A stretch of DNA of 64,000 bases from a virus (IMGVR_UViG_3300021387_001066:12373-76372); one strand, 5' to 3'. Shown: positions 17,681 through 29,800, counted from the first letter of the stretch. Translations and numbers: made by a program. Notes: generated by a model not told the origin, from the sequence alone.

Positions 17681-18265
17681 ATGACTATTCATAAAAAAGC
17701 AACTAAAGTCCTCTATAAGGAAGCAAGAGAGAGTGAAATGAAAGAACTTATTGAGGCTATACAGTATGTCGGAGGAGAGATAAACTTCACAGACTTTAAT
17801 GCAGATGAACTTCCATCCATTCTATATTACTTTCAAAGGCAAAAGAAAGCTGCCTATGTAGATGTGCTGAAAGTATCCTATGATACAGAACTTCACATAA
17901 CTGTAATGTTACCTGCAGAACCTGCACCTTTTGAGTGTAATATGGATGATATTCTTATGGGTCAGTTCTCTATTATTACAGAAGCTATTGATGTTTGTGG
18001 GGTATTCTTTAATTATACAAGTCATCAAGATTTACGTGAGGAATCTCTGATTATGTTATCTGCAGATCTCTACAAGACTATCTACAAGAGGTGTGGTAAC
18101 TATGGAGATACATGTAATGAGCTCTCAAGAATTGCCAGTGAGTTTGAAAGAGATCTTAACTGGCAGGAAGATGACCAGAGAGATTATATAGAAGAACTTG
18201 AAAAGTTTGAAAAGGAATATCTTAGTTCTTTAGACAAGCCTATAATTAGAATAATGGGAGAGTAA
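17681..18265 (+). CDS. hypothetical protein
   Basis: Likely start ATG at 17681 (MTIHKKATK...); ends before a terminator. Confidence 0.7.
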   Translation: MTIHKKATKVLYKEARESEMKELIEAIQYVGGEINFTDFNADELPSILYYFQRQKKAAYVDVLKVSYDTELHITVMLPAEPAPFECNMDDILMGQFSIITEAIDVCGVFFNYTSHQDLREESLIMLSADLYKTIYKRCGNYGDTCNELSRIASEFERDLNWQEDDQRDYIEELEKFEKEYLSSLDKPIIRIMGE

Positions 18266-18271
18266 TGAAGT

Positions 18272-18307
18272 AGGGGAGCAGTTAATAGCTGTTCCCCTTT
18301 CTTTTTT
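18272..18307 (+). terminator. Rho-independent terminator
   Basis: AGGGGAGCAG / CTGTTCCCCT stem followed by T-rich tail. Confidence 0.8.
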
Positions 18308-18350
18308 CTAATGAATGTGCTTAATAAGATAAAGGTTTTGCTTAAATGTT

Positions 18351-18381
18351 TTTGATGCCTGTTGTAAAGGCACTATATTTG
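18351..18381 (+). promoter_or_regulatory. Bacteroidota primary-sigma promoter (-33 TTTG, 19-bp spacer, -7 TATATTTG) upstream of the virion RNAP gene
   Basis: TTTG at 18351-18354 and TAnnTTTG at 18374-18381 with consensus spacing. Confidence 0.8.
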
Positions 18382-18408
18382 TACAAATAATGATATAAAT
18401 AATAACTT

Positions 18409-21400
18409 ATGGTATATCCCAAGTGCTACATAGTTAATAAGAATATAGATGGTTATCTTGCTTCTAAATTTGGCTGGAAGGCTGAAATGGGAAGTAAAGG
18501 ATTGAATCCAATGAAGATTGCTTCTCTTAGAGGTCTTTATGATCAGGCTGCAGAAGAGAATAAAACAGCAGAACTTCTTCCTGATAACCCTACACAGGCA
18601 GATCTTGATGAAGCCTTTGAGAAACTGAAGAAATTCAGAGCAGGCATTAGAGAAGTGCATAGAGCTAAGATGTCTAAGGGAACAAGACGTATTGACAGAG
18701 CCTATGATGCTTTAAGACATGCGTATTCACTACATGAAAGAAAGAGTAGAATCAGTCTTCTGTCTAACTTGTTCTCCTCTGAGGTAGATAGGCTTATGGA
18801 AGGAGGCAAAGCTGATAGGCAAAGCTTTGTCAATGGTTTCGCTGCTTCTGATGGTAAATATTATGGAGGTGAGTTCTCTATTTTGGAAGGTGTCTATAAC
18901 AACATACACCAGATTAGGGCTAATTACTATAGGCACATGAGGAATCCTGAAGAAGGCTTCAAAGCCTATCAGAAAAATAAGAAGCTTGATTTCCAAGGTG
19001 CTCCTACTAATGCTCAGGAATTTAAGGAAATGTGTGAGCATAGGTTCAATGAATACACTAAGATTCTTGAGAATTGGAATGAGCTTGTTCCTTTTGTACT
19101 AAAAGACCTGGTAAAAAAGGAAGGGGTGAAGTTGGGTATTAAAACTGAATATGCTGCAGTAGCTTCTTCTGATAACTTTGGAGACAATGACATTGCTGCC
19201 AAGTGGGATTTATCTGAGTCTAAGCGTGATGGATGGCAGGAAAACTCAGACCTTCAGAGTGCATTTGGTTCTGTTGGTCAACAAGTCAGAAGAATCCTTG
19301 CTACGGTTCCTCAGATTGAAAGTATTCCACAATATGTAGAAAAGACAGACGGACTTGGCAATAAGGTTACAGTCTATGCTGGTTTAAAGCAGGTTCCTGT
19401 AGTAGATGACCTGGGTAATCCTCAGTTCATGGATGCTACAAAGACTCATCAGGCTCTTATGGAATATCTGAAAGGTGTTCAGGATTCTGAAGATATGATG
19501 AGAAGGCTCTGTAGAGACGGTGAACTTGGAAAAGGTGTAGCTAAAATTCCTTGGATGCAACCTATTGTAGATGTTCTTATGAGTAATCCTCAGGCTAGAA
19601 CCCAATTCTTCTGTGACTTCAAGAAGAACTTCCAGCCATATTCTATAATGTGGGAAGAAGAAAGTGAGAACAGCTTTATAAAGAAGTGGAAGACAAAGAT
19701 ACTTAATAAGCCTGCTAACATGCTTAAAGGTAAGTATGAAATGCTGATGTCTTCTAAAGGTAACTTTCCTATTAACGTAAAAATGTGGGGGTACACGCCT
19801 GTCTTTGATGAAGTCACTAAGGAAATTAATTGGCAAAGACTTGCAGAACTTAGAAAGACTGTTTTAGCTTGGACTCATGAAGAAATAGCTCCTGTAGAAA
19901 ATGAACAGGCAGGAGATATCCGTACTCAACAGCCAAGATATGCTTCTTCTACAGCTGCTCCTCTTATTAACACAGGAACTAATACCTTTATTACTATAAA
20001 CGGTAAGTCTCAAAGGGTTACTGCTGATCTTAGAAGAGATTTTCTTACAGAAGTGTTTACATCTCTTGGATATGATGTTACAATGGATGCCATTGACAGT
20101 ATCATTCACTCAAGAGATATCTATACTGTAAGGGAACAGTTAGAACAACTCTTTAATCCTGATAATCAATATACTGGTTTTCTCTATGCTGCTGGTGTAC
20201 AGACTCTTGGAGATACCAATGTTAGGAAGCTTCAAGAAAAACACATGAAATTCAGAAGTTTGTACAGCACAAGTAAGGGAGAAAACGGTCAGCCTGTGAA
20301 AGAACATTCAGAAAAACTGCTTGATATTATAAGCAAACATCAAGAAGGATATAGGGTAGAGTCAAGAGCTAGATACCAAGGTAATACAATGTATTCCTTT
20401 GTAGCACCTTCTTATCTTGGTGACAGGTTAGAGACTATCCAGAACTTTGTAGAAGCTGACAATAAAGAAGGACTTCTGCAGTTCTTGAAAGAGGAATATC
20501 TTAATAGTCCATTCTTTGTTGATGATGAATATCTGTCAACTGAAGGTAAGTCTGGCAAAATTCTTAATACTTGGCTTGCTGATATTGTAGAGGCTTGTAA
20601 GGATAATAAAACTCCGCTTCAAGAATCTGTAGCTGCTATCTTTAACTATGAGAGAGATCTTGGTAGAGAGGATAAGAAGTTTGAGGACTTTACAGCTAGA
20701 GAGCATGGTGTAGATATGCTGATTCACTTCTTTGCTGATGAACAGCAGAAGAAAGGTTATGGAGGCAAGGGAACAAGAGATATAAATAAGAAGCTCTCTG
20801 CCATGTATCCAGTGTTTATTCTTGGTGATGCTGGTGTGAGTAAGTATATTAGGGCTCCTAGAATATCTTCTGCAGTAAGGGTAAATAAAGAAGGGAATGT
20901 TCTTGATGAAGCTGATGCTAAGTATACTGCAAGAATTGAATACAGATTTGATGATGCAGCACAGGATAGAGTTCTCGAAGGTCTGTATAATATATATATG
21001 CAGGAAAGAAGAAGAATGGCTATTGATGAAGCTATGGCGTATAAGATGTATGCTAATGGCAAAGAAGTCAAGCATCCAAAAGGTGAGTTCTCCATTCTTA
21101 CTTTCCTAAATCCAGACTCTCAGGAATATAAGGAAGAATATGCCATTTCAGAAGATAAGAAGGATGACAAGGATACAGTTAAGGCTGCTATCCGTAAGTA
21201 CATGGATGATGCTACTAAGACATTCAAGGACAGACTGGATACCCTTGGTGTATTAGAGACAGCAAGTCAAGGTAAGAATCAGGTATATAAGAACATCAAT
21301 TCTATTGCTACTCCTGAGAACATTGATACCAAGATTCAGGAATTCTTCTGGAATACCAAACTAGCTACAGCCCAGCAGTTACAGCTGATGACCATTGATC

Positions 21401-24400
21401 CATCATTCTATCATGGTACTAAAGACCTTCAGAAGCGTTATAAGGAAATTCATGCTCCTGGTAATGTATTGGATTTGATGGCTAGAGACTTTGATGGCAA
21501 TCTCTATTCTCCAGATGGTATTGAAAGGGTTGTTTACTTCAGAGACCTTTCAATCAATGCTGAGCAATTCAACCCAGAGTTTATGGCAGTTGTCCTTAGG
21601 ACATTTGCACAAGAAGGGAAAGAGAAGGAGGTGGAGGAGGCCATTAAAGATGGTATTATTCAACCAAAATCAGGAGCAGAAGAAACAGCAAGACAGAATA
21701 GACTTGCTGACTTACTTGGCAATAACTATGGTATCTATAGGTCTTATACAGGTAATACTCTTACTGATGGTCAAGGATACAGGACTCTTACCTCTTATAG
21801 AAGGGTAAAAGGTATGGCTGGTCAATGGACTGAACAAATGGAGAATGCTTATAAGGCTATTATGCAGATAAGAAAGAATCATGAAGTCAGGGATGCATCG
21901 GGTAAAGTTGTTGACTATACTGAAGCAACTCCTGAGGAGCTTAAGCAGATTGCAAGCTTTGCCTTGGTTCTTCAGCCTATTAAGCCTTACTTGTTTACCC
22001 ATGAGAAGTATCCTATTGAGATTGCCAAGAAAGACAAGAATGGTAATGTTGTAAAAGGTGCTGACGGTAAGCCTGTAATGATTAAGACTTACAAGTACAT
22101 TCCTGTACAGCATAAGTATGCAGAAGCTCTTATTATTCCTGAATTAATGCCAAAGGGACACAAGCTTCGTGACTTAGGCTTCTGGATGGATAAGCATAAC
22201 ATTGATATGGTTGGCTCCGATAAGATTGCTAAGGTAGGTTGTTTTGGTCAGGCAGATTTAAGCAATATTGGGAATAAAACCAACCTTGAAACAGCTATGG
22301 GTGCTGGTTATATTCATGAATTGCCTTATAAGGACTATAGGATTCAGACTAATGTTCCAGAACATATCAATGCTTCTCAGCTCTTTGGTACTCAGGTAAG
22401 AAAACTTATTATGTCTGGACTTGATATGGATGGAGCTGCTCAGTTTTATGCTGACTTGCTTGGTATAGATCGTGTAAACCTCAGTACTTCTAAAGATGGC
22501 AATGACAACAATGCCAATGCATCACTTAACGGAAGAAACCTGTTGGCACTCTACAACTCACTTATTTGTGCTAATATCTTTGATTCTTACGATAAGTTTG
22601 CAAAAAATGCTGGAGATATACAAGAGCTTGCTAATCTTCTACAGCAGTCTACAGTAGGCTCTATGAGAGAAGCTATGGATAATCTGTTCTCTTATGTAGT
22701 TACAGGCAGTGAGGCAGACTTGCAGAAGTTCATGATTCCTTTGTTTGAAGGGGGCTTAGAGCATGATTCAGCAGCTTTGATACTTTCTACATTCAAGAAG
22801 ATTGTAAACAAGCAACAGATATCTGGTGGTTCTGCAGTACAGGTAAGTGCCTTTGGTATCAATGGGTATGATGAAGACGGTGGTCTGAGGTTTGTTACAG
22901 ACCAAGACAACAATAAGAATATCCTATATGCTGAGATTGAGATGCCTTTCGATAAGTCCTTCATGGTAGATGTAAGGAATGCTGATGGCTCTGTCACTAA
23001 ACAGCCTGTAAGTCTTGACTATGACAAGTATTGCAATATGGATGGTACCTTGATTCCTACAGGAGAAGCCTTAAAGAAAGGCACTAAGGAATGGAAGAAG
23101 TATCAATCCTATACTTATAAGAAAGTAGATGGCAAGCTTATTCCTTGTAGGCATGATGACCCTCAGGCAGAAGTCTATAAGCCACTTATTGAAGCTGAGT
23201 ATCCTGATATACTTAGTATTCTTGCTTATCGTATTCCTACTGAGAGGGATTACTCTATGATTAACTGTCAGATTAAGAGGTTTACATCTAAGGTTGCTGG
23301 TGGTACAATTAAGGTTCCACCACAGGGCACTACTATTGCAGGTTTTGACTTTGATATTGATAAGTTGTATTTCATGCAGCGTGAATATCATAAGCACTAC
23401 AAGAATGAAGCTTATGTAGAAAGTAATTTCTCAGAGTCAGATGTATATGCTGTTTGGAACGCTATCTATCAGAATAATCCAGAAATCAGTGCTGCCCTTG
23501 ACAATGCTCAAAGTGAAGCAATGACAAGAGATCCTGAGAATCATACAAGAACCTTGAAGAGTGGTAGAATTCTTCCTAAGAATCCTAAACATTCATACTG
23601 GGAAGATGCTAAGATTGAAGAGAAGTTCGGTAAGAAAAAAGGTGAACTCTTTGCGGATGCTGCTAAGCAAATAGGTGTCAAACCTGTTACTAAGGATAAT
23701 AGTGAAACTGTAGAGTGGTTAGAAGAATACGATTTCAATAAAGCTCCTGAGGAGAATACAAGGGCTGCAAGGAACAATCTTCTCATTACTCTTATTCAGG
23801 CTAGATTGATGGATCCTCAGACTGTCAAGCAGCGTTATACTCCTGGTGGATTTGACAATGCTTCCAAAGCAGCAAGAATGATGAGGGAACTCTTTCATGG
23901 AGATTTGGAACATGTAAAAGCTGCTATTCAAAATGATACGCTTGATACTGTAGCAAATGGAAGAAAGGACCCAGAGCCAAATTATGATCCTACTGACCCA
24001 TATACCATATTGATATATAATCAGCAGAATCAGGTAGCAGGTAAGCTTATTGGTATCTTCGCTAATCAGAATACCAATCATGCCTTTGCCTCAGCTATGG
24101 ATGAGTTTGAGCTTTATGAGCCTATATCATTTGCAGGACACTCTTTCAGGGACTTGCTTCATAAGAATTCTGAAGATGCAGCACAGATAGACCTTAATAT
24201 GGCTGAGTTCCTTGCAGCTTCTGTAGATGCTGTGAAGGACCCTGTACTTAACTTCCTTAATCTGAATACTATTACTGCTGATGCAGGTGCATTGCTTGCA
24301 AGAATTGGCTATAATACCAAGGAGATAGGTCTGCTATTTAATCAACCTATTATTCGTAAGATATGTGTAGACTCTTTTAATAATGGCAGTAACATTAACT

Positions 24401-26844
24401 CAGTAATTGACGATGCTAAGAAGATGCTTCTTGGATATCTTACAGGCATTAATGTCCATAACAAGGTAAACATTGGCATAAATGATTTAGCTCTTGGTAT
24501 TGTAAATGAGCGTGAAATGCTTGAGAATGGCAAGACTCAAGATGATTTCTTTAAGGATAACGCAAGAATGCAGTATGCTGTACTTGAATTATTCAGCAAT
24601 ATTCTTAAGGCATCCAGTGATGTATCTGACTTTATACTTAATACCAAGTTTACTGCATCAAACGCTGTAAGTTCTAGTTTTGGCGGAATGTATGCCCAGC
24701 AGATGAGAGTAAGCACTTATGTAGACAAATTCCCAAAAACTGAAAAGGATAAAGGCTTTCTTAGCTATAAGGTGACTGTTGTTAAAGGTGCTCAGCAAGT
24801 AGGACTTATGAGTAAGCCTATTGACAATAGTGATGGTTTGATATTACAGCCAGGTGAGAAGATTTCTGACTACAAGAAAAGGTATCTGCATTATGTAAGA
24901 TTCAATCCATTTGCCTATGAGCAAGCTATGTATGATGCCAATAGAAATGCTATCAAGCTTTTGTCAAGATATTATCCTTATGAGACTAAAATGTATACTG
25001 AGGTCAGGGATAGAATGAACAGACTATCATGGTTTGGTACACTTTCTGAAGACGATATCAATGATATCCATAGTAATATTCCAGTAGCTTTGCTTGCACG
25101 TCAGGAGCATTCAGACTTTAATGGTGAAGCAGAGCATATTAAGGAAGATGGAACCAGAACAGGTATGACCAACAGAGACTACTATAGAAACAAGTTTGCA
25201 GAGGACTTGATGGGAATGCTTGCTGCAGATCCAGATGTCTTGGGTAAACTTGAGATATTCAAGTATCTTAGTCCTGAGTCTGTTGAAGTGGCTACTAAGG
25301 ATGAAAATGGCCTTGAAATAAAGACTGAAGCATGGAGAATACAGATGCAGGACATAGGTGGTATGGATGCTGATGTCAAAGAAGCTATTCGTGAAAGTTG
25401 GGCATACCTTATGGAAGTACAGGATGATGGTTACTTTGACAATCAGGATTATGCTGAACTTGGAAGGGATCTCTTCATGTATTGTTTCTATCAGCTTGGC
25501 TTTGATTTCAGTCCTCTGTCATTCATGCATCTTGCTCCTACGGCAGTAAAGGATAACATTATTGTACAGAGAAGTAACAGCCTTCCATTGAAGGATTGGT
25601 CAGCTGACGGAGGTAACATTTTACCTGATACTGATGATGTTCTTGTATGGTCAGCCAATGTACCAGGTAGCTTTGAGAAAGCTTCAGAATTTGGTGCAGA
25701 TAGGTCTGTTATAGGCAGAATCAGTGGTGATGCTTATCAGCTTCCAGAAAAGTTAGATCAGTATGCAGATATCCAAGATTTGATACATGAGGCTAAGAGC
25801 CATCCAGAACTGAAGTTCAAGATTGACAGAGACCTTACCAGAGAGGAATTCCAGATGTTTGTGGACCTTAAGGAGGATGTTCCTGCTAATATCTACTTCT
25901 CTTCTCAAACTCTTGAGAATGCAGGTGATTTGAAGAGTAAGTTGTCTTATGGCAAGAGCAGGACTTATAGACAGTTCCTTTATGAAATACTTGATGAGAC
26001 AGGCAGTCAGCTAAATGTTGAGGAATTTGCCCAGATGTTTATTCTTAACCATTTGGATAATGCAAGGTATGTTCTTGATATTAGCAAAAGTAATAAGAGA
26101 CTTAGGGAAATTGTTAAAGAGCAGGCTGGACAATTAAAGGATGGCTTTAAGTTTAAGGATAGAATTACCATAGATATCAGTAAGTACACCAATGACCAAG
26201 ATGCTGAGTCCCTAAAGAATCTTGTAAAGGTAAAAATGCAAGATAATACTATTACTCAAATAGAGTGGAGGCCGTGTATTGTCATTGATGGTTCTTACTA
26301 TATGGCAGAAAGCAATACTGATTTGGGCTTTAATATTACAGGAAAGGGCACTGCAAAAATTTCTTACCGTAAGGTAGTGCCTTGGGGTTCTTCTAAGACT
26401 ATTAGATATGATGGTAATGAAGAGCTTAAGCCTACAATGAGATATCAGGCTTCTATGAATGCCATACCTCAGATAGCTCCTATTGTTAAACAGCCTCAGG
26501 CTCCTGTACAGCAGGCTCCTTCTACTCCAGAAGCTCCTCAGGACAATGTCCCAACAGGAGACAATGGAGCACCTGAACCTGTTGTAGAGCAGAGTAATGG
26601 TAGTGCTACTGGTATTGATGCCATGAGACAGCTTGCTGAAGATTATATTTTCAAAGAGATGGTAAATGCCATAGAAGCTAAGTTTGGTCCAATGTTGGCA
26701 GAAGACAAACAAGGTATGAGAGATACATTGTCTAAAAGCAGTATGCAAGACCTTAATGATACTGTAGCTACTATCAGAAAGGCTTGTAGGGAGAATGGGG
26801 TCATGATGCTTGATGACAATGGTAATCCTATGATGGGATGTTAA
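18409..26844 (+). CDS. giant virion-packaged single-chain two-barrel RNA polymerase (crAss-like)
   Basis: Catalytic DxDxD motif GFDFDIDKL at 23347-23364, preceded by AYRIPTE; 2811 aa; adjacent to other cargo genes. Confidence 0.92.
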   Translation: MVYPKCYIVNKNIDGYLASKFGWKAEMGSKGLNPMKIASLRGLYDQAAEENKTAELLPDNPTQADLDEAFEKLKKFRAGIREVHRAKMSKGTRRIDRAYDALRHAYSLHERKSRISLLSNLFSSEVDRLMEGGKADRQSFVNGFAASDGKYYGGEFSILEGVYNNIHQIRANYYRHMRNPEEGFKAYQKNKKLDFQGAPTNAQEFKEMCEHRFNEYTKILENWNELVPFVLKDLVKKEGVKLGIKTEYAAVASSDNFGDNDIAAKWDLSESKRDGWQENSDLQSAFGSVGQQVRRILATVPQIESIPQYVEKTDGLGNKVTVYAGLKQVPVVDDLGNPQFMDATKTHQALMEYLKGVQDSEDMMRRLCRDGELGKGVAKIPWMQPIVDVLMSNPQARTQFFCDFKKNFQPYSIMWEEESENSFIKKWKTKILNKPANMLKGKYEMLMSSKGNFPINVKMWGYTPVFDEVTKEINWQRLAELRKTVLAWTHEEIAPVENEQAGDIRTQQPRYASSTAAPLINTGTNTFITINGKSQRVTADLRRDFLTEVFTSLGYDVTMDAIDSIIHSRDIYTVREQLEQLFNPDNQYTGFLYAAGVQTLGDTNVRKLQEKHMKFRSLYSTSKGENGQPVKEHSEKLLDIISKHQEGYRVESRARYQGNTMYSFVAPSYLGDRLETIQNFVEADNKEGLLQFLKEEYLNSPFFVDDEYLSTEGKSGKILNTWLADIVEACKDNKTPLQESVAAIFNYERDLGREDKKFEDFTAREHGVDMLIHFFADEQQKKGYGGKGTRDINKKLSAMYPVFILGDAGVSKYIRAPRISSAVRVNKEGNVLDEADAKYTARIEYRFDDAAQDRVLEGLYNIYMQERRRMAIDEAMAYKMYANGKEVKHPKGEFSILTFLNPDSQEYKEEYAISEDKKDDKDTVKAAIRKYMDDATKTFKDRLDTLGVLETASQGKNQVYKNINSIATPENIDTKIQEFFWNTKLATAQQLQLMTIDPSFYHGTKDLQKRYKEIHAPGNVLDLMARDFDGNLYSPDGIERVVYFRDLSINAEQFNPEFMAVVLRTFAQEGKEKEVEEAIKDGIIQPKSGAEETARQNRLADLLGNNYGIYRSYTGNTLTDGQGYRTLTSYRRVKGMAGQWTEQMENAYKAIMQIRKNHEVRDASGKVVDYTEATPEELKQIASFALVLQPIKPYLFTHEKYPIEIAKKDKNGNVVKGADGKPVMIKTYKYIPVQHKYAEALIIPELMPKGHKLRDLGFWMDKHNIDMVGSDKIAKVGCFGQADLSNIGNKTNLETAMGAGYIHELPYKDYRIQTNVPEHINASQLFGTQVRKLIMSGLDMDGAAQFYADLLGIDRVNLSTSKDGNDNNANASLNGRNLLALYNSLICANIFDSYDKFAKNAGDIQELANLLQQSTVGSMREAMDNLFSYVVTGSEADLQKFMIPLFEGGLEHDSAALILSTFKKIVNKQQISGGSAVQVSAFGINGYDEDGGLRFVTDQDNNKNILYAEIEMPFDKSFMVDVRNADGSVTKQPVSLDYDKYCNMDGTLIPTGEALKKGTKEWKKYQSYTYKKVDGKLIPCRHDDPQAEVYKPLIEAEYPDILSILAYRIPTERDYSMINCQIKRFTSKVAGGTIKVPPQGTTIAGFDFDIDKLYFMQREYHKHYKNEAYVESNFSESDVYAVWNAIYQNNPEISAALDNAQSEAMTRDPENHTRTLKSGRILPKNPKHSYWEDAKIEEKFGKKKGELFADAAKQIGVKPVTKDNSETVEWLEEYDFNKAPEENTRAARNNLLITLIQARLMDPQTVKQRYTPGGFDNASKAARMMRELFHGDLEHVKAAIQNDTLDTVANGRKDPEPNYDPTDPYTILIYNQQNQVAGKLIGIFANQNTNHAFASAMDEFELYEPISFAGHSFRDLLHKNSEDAAQIDLNMAEFLAASVDAVKDPVLNFLNLNTITADAGALLARIGYNTKEIGLLFNQPIIRKICVDSFNNGSNINSVIDDAKKMLLGYLTGINVHNKVNIGINDLALGIVNEREMLENGKTQDDFFKDNARMQYAVLELFSNILKASSDVSDFILNTKFTASNAVSSSFGGMYAQQMRVSTYVDKFPKTEKDKGFLSYKVTVVKGAQQVGLMSKPIDNSDGLILQPGEKISDYKKRYLHYVRFNPFAYEQAMYDANRNAIKLLSRYYPYETKMYTEVRDRMNRLSWFGTLSEDDINDIHSNIPVALLARQEHSDFNGEAEHIKEDGTRTGMTNRDYYRNKFAEDLMGMLAADPDVLGKLEIFKYLSPESVEVATKDENGLEIKTEAWRIQMQDIGGMDADVKEAIRESWAYLMEVQDDGYFDNQDYAELGRDLFMYCFYQLGFDFSPLSFMHLAPTAVKDNIIVQRSNSLPLKDWSADGGNILPDTDDVLVWSANVPGSFEKASEFGADRSVIGRISGDAYQLPEKLDQYADIQDLIHEAKSHPELKFKIDRDLTREEFQMFVDLKEDVPANIYFSSQTLENAGDLKSKLSYGKSRTYRQFLYEILDETGSQLNVEEFAQMFILNHLDNARYVLDISKSNKRLREIVKEQAGQLKDGFKFKDRITIDISKYTNDQDAESLKNLVKVKMQDNTITQIEWRPCIVIDGSYYMAESNTDLGFNITGKGTAKISYRKVVPWGSSKTIRYDGNEELKPTMRYQASMNAIPQIAPIVKQPQAPVQQAPSTPEAPQDNVPTGDNGAPEPVVEQSNGSATGIDAMRQLAEDYIFKEMVNAIEAKFGPMLAEDKQGMRDTLSKSSMQDLNDTVATIRKACRENGVMMLDDNGNPMMGC

Positions 26845-26870
26845 TTAGGTAATGTTTAAATATTAGGATA

Positions 26871-29800
26871 ATGAGTAAGTCGTGTACAATACTTGCACAT
26901 GTTAGAAGGCCTAATGGAGAAGTAGTGGAAAGCAGGTTATTCAATGACCTGCTCCACTATACTTCTGACAATAGGGAGTTAACTAAAGAGTACTATGGAG
27001 TTGGAACCAGTGAGGACTTTCTTTCCCAAGTAAGGGATTCTGATGAATTCCAGGTAGATGAGAATGGAGAAATCACACTCAAGTCCCTAAGAACTTTGGC
27101 TAAGTTGGATTTGGATACTGACAAGCTTTTGCAGGTACTTAACAAAGATATCAGGGAAGGAGAATATGATTATGAGGAAGCTGTCCGTAAGATAGAGGAT
27201 TTCAATAATAACAATGAATTCTCTGACAAGGTGATAGCAACTATCTTTCCTACTGCTTCTAATAAGTACTATGTGACAGTGGTTCCTATAAAGAAATCAG
27301 TAATTAACTCAGAGGGGAAGAAGGAGGATGAGAGAGTAGAGGTTAATGAGAAAAAGAAACTCCACGATGTAGTTCATAATAAAGAGGTTGAAAAGAGAAT
27401 AATCAATCTTTTAAGACAGCATCAAGTGTCTGTTAAGTTCCTAGAAGGTAACAAGGAAGGGGGCAGGTATTCTACAGAGAATGCCACTAGGACACAGGAT
27501 GGGCTCTATGCTCTCATAGAACTAAGTAAAGGCGGATATACAACAGATGTGCTTGCTGAAGAAGCAGGTCACTTTGCTGTAGGTGCGCTTGGTGATAATC
27601 CTTTGGTTAAAAGACTTCAGGATCTTCTTGGAGATCCATCTGTCCAAAGAGAAGCATTAGGTGATGAAGAATTTGAGAATTCTCAGCTTGGTACTAATCC
27701 TGCAAGGGAAGTAGCTGGTAAGCTAGTAGGAAAGGCCCTGCAGAGAAAACTTGATAATGCAGGGATGGTGAAAACATTGGCAAACAGAATAGCAAATTTT
27801 GTCAAGAGAGTCTTCTATGCTTTCTCTGGTAATGAGGTAAGATGGGCTGCTGCTAAGGCTGAACAGGCTGCTAATAGAATTGCCTATCAATTTGTTGAAG
27901 GTGACAACAGCTTCTCTGTTGACAATGCTATCAGTATCAGTGAAGTCATGAATAATGCCACGTTAAGTGTTAATCAAAAAGTCTATAAGGATACTGTAGA
28001 TGAATTAGGTAGAATGGTCAAGCAGCTTGAGGCAATAGCACAAGACCAGTTTACTGGTCAAATGCAGGCATCTCTGGCTATGTCAGTACTGTCTGGTACT
28101 GATGAGAACACTGGTGTATCAGCCTTACAAATGAATAAGACAGACCTTACTGCAAATTCCTTGGCCTTTGATGGTATAGTTCAGGCATTGGTTCAGGTTA
28201 CAGATTACCTTGGTCCTGATAAGGAAATAGACCAACTTATGAAGGCTGTAGATTTGGATAATGTATCTGATTTCTACGCTAACATGGCAAGGAATGGAAG
28301 ATACCTTAGGCAAGCTAGAACATTCCTTAGAAGTGCTGAGATTATTATCAGTACAATAGAAGCTGCTTTGAACTCAAATAATCTTGCAGGTTCATTGGTA
28401 CTTGCAAATGGCTCTACCATTACTGATGTAAGATATCAGGATGAGAATGGTACTTGGAAGAGCATTAATTTGAAGAATACTATTCCTGCTTATAAAAATA
28501 TCATTGCTAAAGCTGTAAGTGAACTGTCAAGTCTTGAAAGTAACTACTTTGCAAGATTCTGTGAAGATATTTATGGTAGTAAGTATATTACCTCCACAGT
28601 AGGTAAGACATGGCAAGATATCTGGCACGGACAAAAAGCTTTTGGAGAGAGCACTCAAAGTATTGCTGACATGGTGCTTGGTGTAGGTATGGAAGATATT
28701 GATGTATTCCACAGATACTTAGGCTCTATGGCTAATAATCCTGATATCATAGGACAAATAGCAGATAAACTTGTAAAGACTGCTAATAAGACCGCAGACG
28801 ATCTTGCTATCAAATATAAAGACAGACTTCTTATACTACAAGAAAGAGCTAGAAAGCTTGGTTTAAATACAGCTGACTTGCTAGAAAAAGATGAAAACGG
28901 TGTACCTACAGGTAACATGATTACTCCTCCTGCAGCTCCTACTAGCGAGGGAAATAGGGAAGAGGATGCTATTTGTCAGGCCTATATGTCTGAACTTGAG
29001 ACAGACAATCCTAATGATGTTCCTGCTGTTCAATATGGTAGATGGGAAAAGGAAAGAGATGAATTCCTTAAGCAGCTTTGGGAAGACTTTAAGGAAGAAA
29101 ATCCTGATTGGCAGTCTATGTCTGGATTTACCAGAGGTTATAAGTGGGATGCTTATAAACGTCCAAAATATAAAGATTGGAATAAGGAGCATAGTATTAA
29201 GGTAGAAGTCAAGAATCCTGATACAAACGAAATACTGTATGTAAAATGGATTCCTAATCTTACCTATCAGACTGATGCGTGGGACAATCTAAGGTCAAAG
29301 TATCCTTCAAAGAATGGTGATTCCATTGACAAGTGGATGTATGACTACAGGCAGATTAAGGAGGAACTTGACAGGATGCTTCCTGTAGGTGCCACTAATT
29401 CCTATAGGCTTCCTCAGTTCAGGGGAACCTTCATGAATTCTGTAAGGCAAAGTGCTATATTGGAGAAAGGCCCATTGAAGAAAACCAATGCATGGAGGAA
29501 GACATTTGGCCGTAGAGTTATCCTTGAAATGTTTGGTGTTGAATCTGAGGAGACAGATTATGGTGATATGACAACTATGAACTCTCCAGAAGAGGAACTA
29601 CTTGGAACAAAGCTGAATTATGAGGAGGAAAGAGCTGCAAGGATTCCTGTATTTGGTGTCAACAAGCTTAAGAACTTGCTTGACCTTGACTCTGATATCA
29701 TTGGTTCTACTATAGCTTATGCTTCTATGGCCACTTCCTATTTAAGTTTAGACAGTGTTGTAGATGGTCTTGAGGTTGGCGCTGAAGCTTTATTCAACAG

